A stretch of DNA of 25,140 nucleotides, taken from IMG/VR virus record IMGVR_UViG_3300017785_007464, positions 1 to 25,140 of that record. One strand, given 5' to 3'. This document shows, one piece after another, positions 23,102-25,140 of the stretch. Numbering within the stretch: the stretch's first letter is position 1; each line of letters opens with the position of its first letter. This stretch comes from a virus (taxonomy: Duplodnaviria; Caudoviricetes). A program made the translations under genes and the position numbers. The notes beneath the pieces were generated by a model, which saw only the letters and a program-made list of their open reading frames with translations, searched no databases and had not been told where the DNA came from.

Positions 23102-23806
23102 CTAACCGGTTTGCTGCTGTTGTTTTTGATCTGTTAAGGGGTTTGCCATTGCTCCGGTGGGGAACATATTCAACATTTGAGAGAACTTCTCAAACGGTGA
23201 TTGAGCCTTTGCACTTGATTGTTGAACCAATTGTTGCATCAGTTGAGTCTCAATATATGAATTCAACAAATCATCAAATGCATCACCCGTGACTTCTTCT
23301 TTTTCTTCTGCCTTTGTCGTACCAGTTGCTTCCTGTTGTTCCTTGCCACGTGTTGTGGATGCTCCAGGGAGTTCACTTAGGTGGAAAGTCTGAAGCTCGT
23401 AAGGGCCTGTACGCAAACTAGAGACATTGCCAGCACCACCTCGATTGGCATGAGTTGCAACTGAACCTTGACCAAGGAACCGAAGCTGTGTGCCTTCTGG
23501 GAAACCACCATAATCTTCTCCCATGTGTTCACGCATATCTCCATGGACCGGATGACGACGCATCCCCATGGGACTGGTCAAAGCAGCTGCTGGATTCAGA
23601 ACAAAGTCATTGCCTTGTTTTGAATACAGCGATTGCCATGCCTCTTGCTCAGGTAAACGAAATTGAAGGTACTGACCAATGTCGCTTCTCGCCTTAGAAA
23701 GAGGGAAACGTTTACCATCCTTCATTACCTCCCAATGTGCGTGAGGTGCCGTCGATGTTCCAGTGGAACCAATACGTCCTAAGTAAAGAGAGGGACCGGA
23801 AGCCAT
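23102..23806 (-). CDS. Circularly permuted M23 metallopeptidase
   Basis: GRIGSTGTSTAPHAHWEV (HxH) is at the N-terminus. TSPMGMRRHPV...HMGED (HxxxD)...GGAGN...FHLS follows it. Confidence 0.85.
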   Translation of the reverse strand: MASGPSLYLGRIGSTGTSTAPHAHWEVMKDGKRFPLSKARSDIGQYLQFRLPEQEAWQSLYSKQGNDFVLNPAAALTSPMGMRRHPVHGDMREHMGEDYGGFPEGTQLRFLGQGSVATHANRGGAGNVSSLRTGPYELQTFHLSELPGASTTRGKEQQEATGTTKAEEKEEVTGDAFDDLLNSYIETQLMQQLVQQSSAKAQSPFEKFSQMLNMFPTGAMANPLTDQKQQQQTG

Positions 23807-23832
23807 ATCGTTTTATTTTTAATTTTAAGACT

Positions 23833-23857
23833 AAAAAACCCCCGGTCTCCCAGGGGT
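23833..23857 (-). terminator. Rho-independent terminator
   Basis: Minus strand ACCCCTGG-GAGA-CCGGGGGT-TTTTT (GNRA loop), 20 nt after the stop at 23877. Confidence 0.85.
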
Positions 23858-23876
23858 AAGTAGAAGGAGATGAGTA

Positions 23877-24305
23877 TTAGACCCTGATTAAATCAGCGGC
23901 CATTACGGAATCCCAATCAACACGTTTAATCTGCCTTAACTGTTCGAGATTGTTGAACCTTTCACCCGATAAGGACATCTGAAGATCTTTAATCTCTCTG
24001 GCTGTTTTCAATCCGATACCCTTAATATGATCAGCGATCATTTGGGCGGTAGCGCCATTGATATTTAAACGGTGATCGGGGGGAAAAGTACGTGGTTCTT
24101 CCTTCGCTGCTTTATCTTTTACCTGAAGGGTTTTAACCTTCTTGGTAGCTTCTTCATCAGGCTGAATTTCATTCTTGTAAACGGTGAAAAGGCGACCGTC
24201 TTGGTCTTCGACCATGAACCAATCGCCGTTATCCCATTCGCTTACAACCTTGACTCGAGCACCTGTTTTTTTGTGCTGATAAAGCATTGCCGGAAGGGTT
24301 GTCAT
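23877..24305 (-). CDS. Helix-hairpin-helix (ComEA-like HhH) DNA-binding protein with a small N-terminal beta domain
   Basis: RLNINGATAQMIA..IKGIGLKTAREI.......RFNNLEQLRQIK. Confidence 0.8.
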   Translation of the reverse strand: MTTLPAMLYQHKKTGARVKVVSEWDNGDWFMVEDQDGRLFTVYKNEIQPDEEATKKVKTLQVKDKAAKEEPRTFPPDHRLNINGATAQMIADHIKGIGLKTAREIKDLQMSLSGERFNNLEQLRQIKRVDWDSVMAADLIRV

Positions 24306-24334
24306 AGGACCAGTAATTCACTGGTCCTAGTTTA
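24305..24334 (-). promoter_or_regulatory. -10 box (TAAACT) running into a 10-bp hairpin that ends on the A of the ATG
   Basis: Minus strand: TAAAC-TAGGACCAGT-gaatt-ACTGGTCCTA-TG. Confidence 0.7.
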
Positions 24335-24340
24335 ACTCAA

Positions 24341-25140
24341 TCAGCTAACAGTGCGGCCCAGGAGGTAGCCATCAATGTCTTCGTAGCCAGGAGCTTCGTC
24401 AGGCTGCACGTAGCAGACTTCCACAACGAAGTAACCGGTACGACCGGCATTGGCGTCATCGCTGGAGATGTACCAACCGCCAGAAGTGCTGGTGCCAGTG
24501 GTGGTACCACGAGCGAACACTTTCAGGGTGGTAGCGCCAGTGAGGCTCTTGTAGACGTTGGTAGCGGTCACGCCAGCAGCGCCGGTAGCAGTCAGGAAGG
24601 GGTTGGTGCTGTAAGCAGCCGAACCACCAGCGAAGAAGATTTCGCCGCCCTGACCACCAGCAGTGGTGGAAGTCAGGTTTGCCTGAGCCACACCCTCAGC
24701 GTCGCCAGAGGCAGACACAGGACCGCTGGAATCGCGGCAGAAGGTGATCACGTTGCCGGTAGCAGCATAGATACCAGAAGCAACGCGGCCATCACCCCAG
24801 CCAGAAGCCACGGAGATGGTGGCGCGATACACATAAGCAGGCAGGGTGGTGTTACCAGAGATCACCATGCCGGTGATGTCGGGGCGAGTGTCGTCCTGGC
24901 GGTAAGGCGAAGGAACGATCACGTTACCGGTCGCGGCTGCGCCAGCACCAGAGGCGGTGGCAACAGCAACGTAACCACGCTGCTGGAAGTAACGGTAGCC
25001 GGGGACGGCCAGCACCGAAGTGGGGCCGCCCTTGGAGGCGTTATTGCTACCGTCATCGTTGGTATCAATGTTCTTGTACCAACCGTTGAGCGGCTCAGCC
25101 CAGTTACCGGGATAAATTTTCTTAGCAGACAAATAAGTCA
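24341..25140 (-). CDS. Probable abundant structural protein (capsid-associated), 5' end at the window edge
   Basis: The frame is open to the window end (TG ACT TAT TTG TCT), so the ATG probably begins at 25141. A/G/T/S-rich beta protein with strongly C/T-ending codons. Confidence 0.6.
   Translation of the reverse strand, partial: TYLSAKKIYPGNWAEPLNGWYKNIDTNDDGSNNASKGGPTSVLAVPGYRYFQQRGYVAVATASGAGAAATGNVIVPSPYRQDDTRPDITGMVISGNTTLPAYVYRATISVASGWGDGRVASGIYAATGNVITFCRDSSGPVSASGDAEGVAQANLTSTTAGGQGGEIFFAGGSAAYSTNPFLTATGAAGVTATNVYKSLTGATTLKVFARGTTTGTSTSGGWYISSDDANAGRTGYFVVEVCYVQPDEAPGYEDIDGYLLGRTVS

Noticed and set aside
21504-23850. 13-nt complementarity between the peptide ORF (ACCCCTGGTCTCC) and the terminator at 23838-23850
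   Set aside because: A 12/13 match is expected by chance in 25 kb, and the ORF lies downstream of the terminator.
23877-24305. PsbU-like photosynthesis gene
   Set aside because: The HhH fold is shared with PsbU, but there is no lumen-targeting signal, the motif is ComEA-like (KGIG...A..I), and the context is structural.
1-25140. tRNA/rRNA genes or IS elements
   Set aside because: No cloverleaf or T-loop signature in the intergenic gaps, and no transposase-like ORF seen.

Overview
A 25-kb segment of a tailed dsDNA phage that most likely infects cyanobacteria. This host call is an inference from an NblA-like gene, a CP12-like peptide and a cyanobacterial-type tyrosine-recombinase remnant. From left to right the window holds: the end of a glycosyltransferase; a terminator and a 133-bp ungapped dyad element; two degenerate HNH-derived genes; a virion-type protein; three small genes missing from the ORF track (CP12-like, acidic peptide, holin-like); a GH73+M15 endolysin; a tail-fibre cluster; a + strand HTH / Dam-like / dcd / DUF3310 block; nblA; a GH24 lysozyme; small basic proteins; an ~891-aa protein with nested repeats; an HNH nuclease; a convergent Xis-like HTH and dead mini-integrase pair; a split-SWIM protein; and a structural block containing an SLT-like enzyme, a circularly permuted M23 peptidase and an HhH protein. 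The most notable observations are: (i) the dyad element at 407-539; (ii) a repeated architecture in which a -10 box is followed by a hairpin that ends on the ATG; (iii) a structured leader in front of a 38-aa secreted-peptide-like ORF; (iv) the permuted M23; (v) the mini-CP12 and NblA; (vi) AAA-BBB nested repeats; and (vii) several enzymes that have lost their catalytic residues. All family assignments come from motif recognition by eye; no searches were run.
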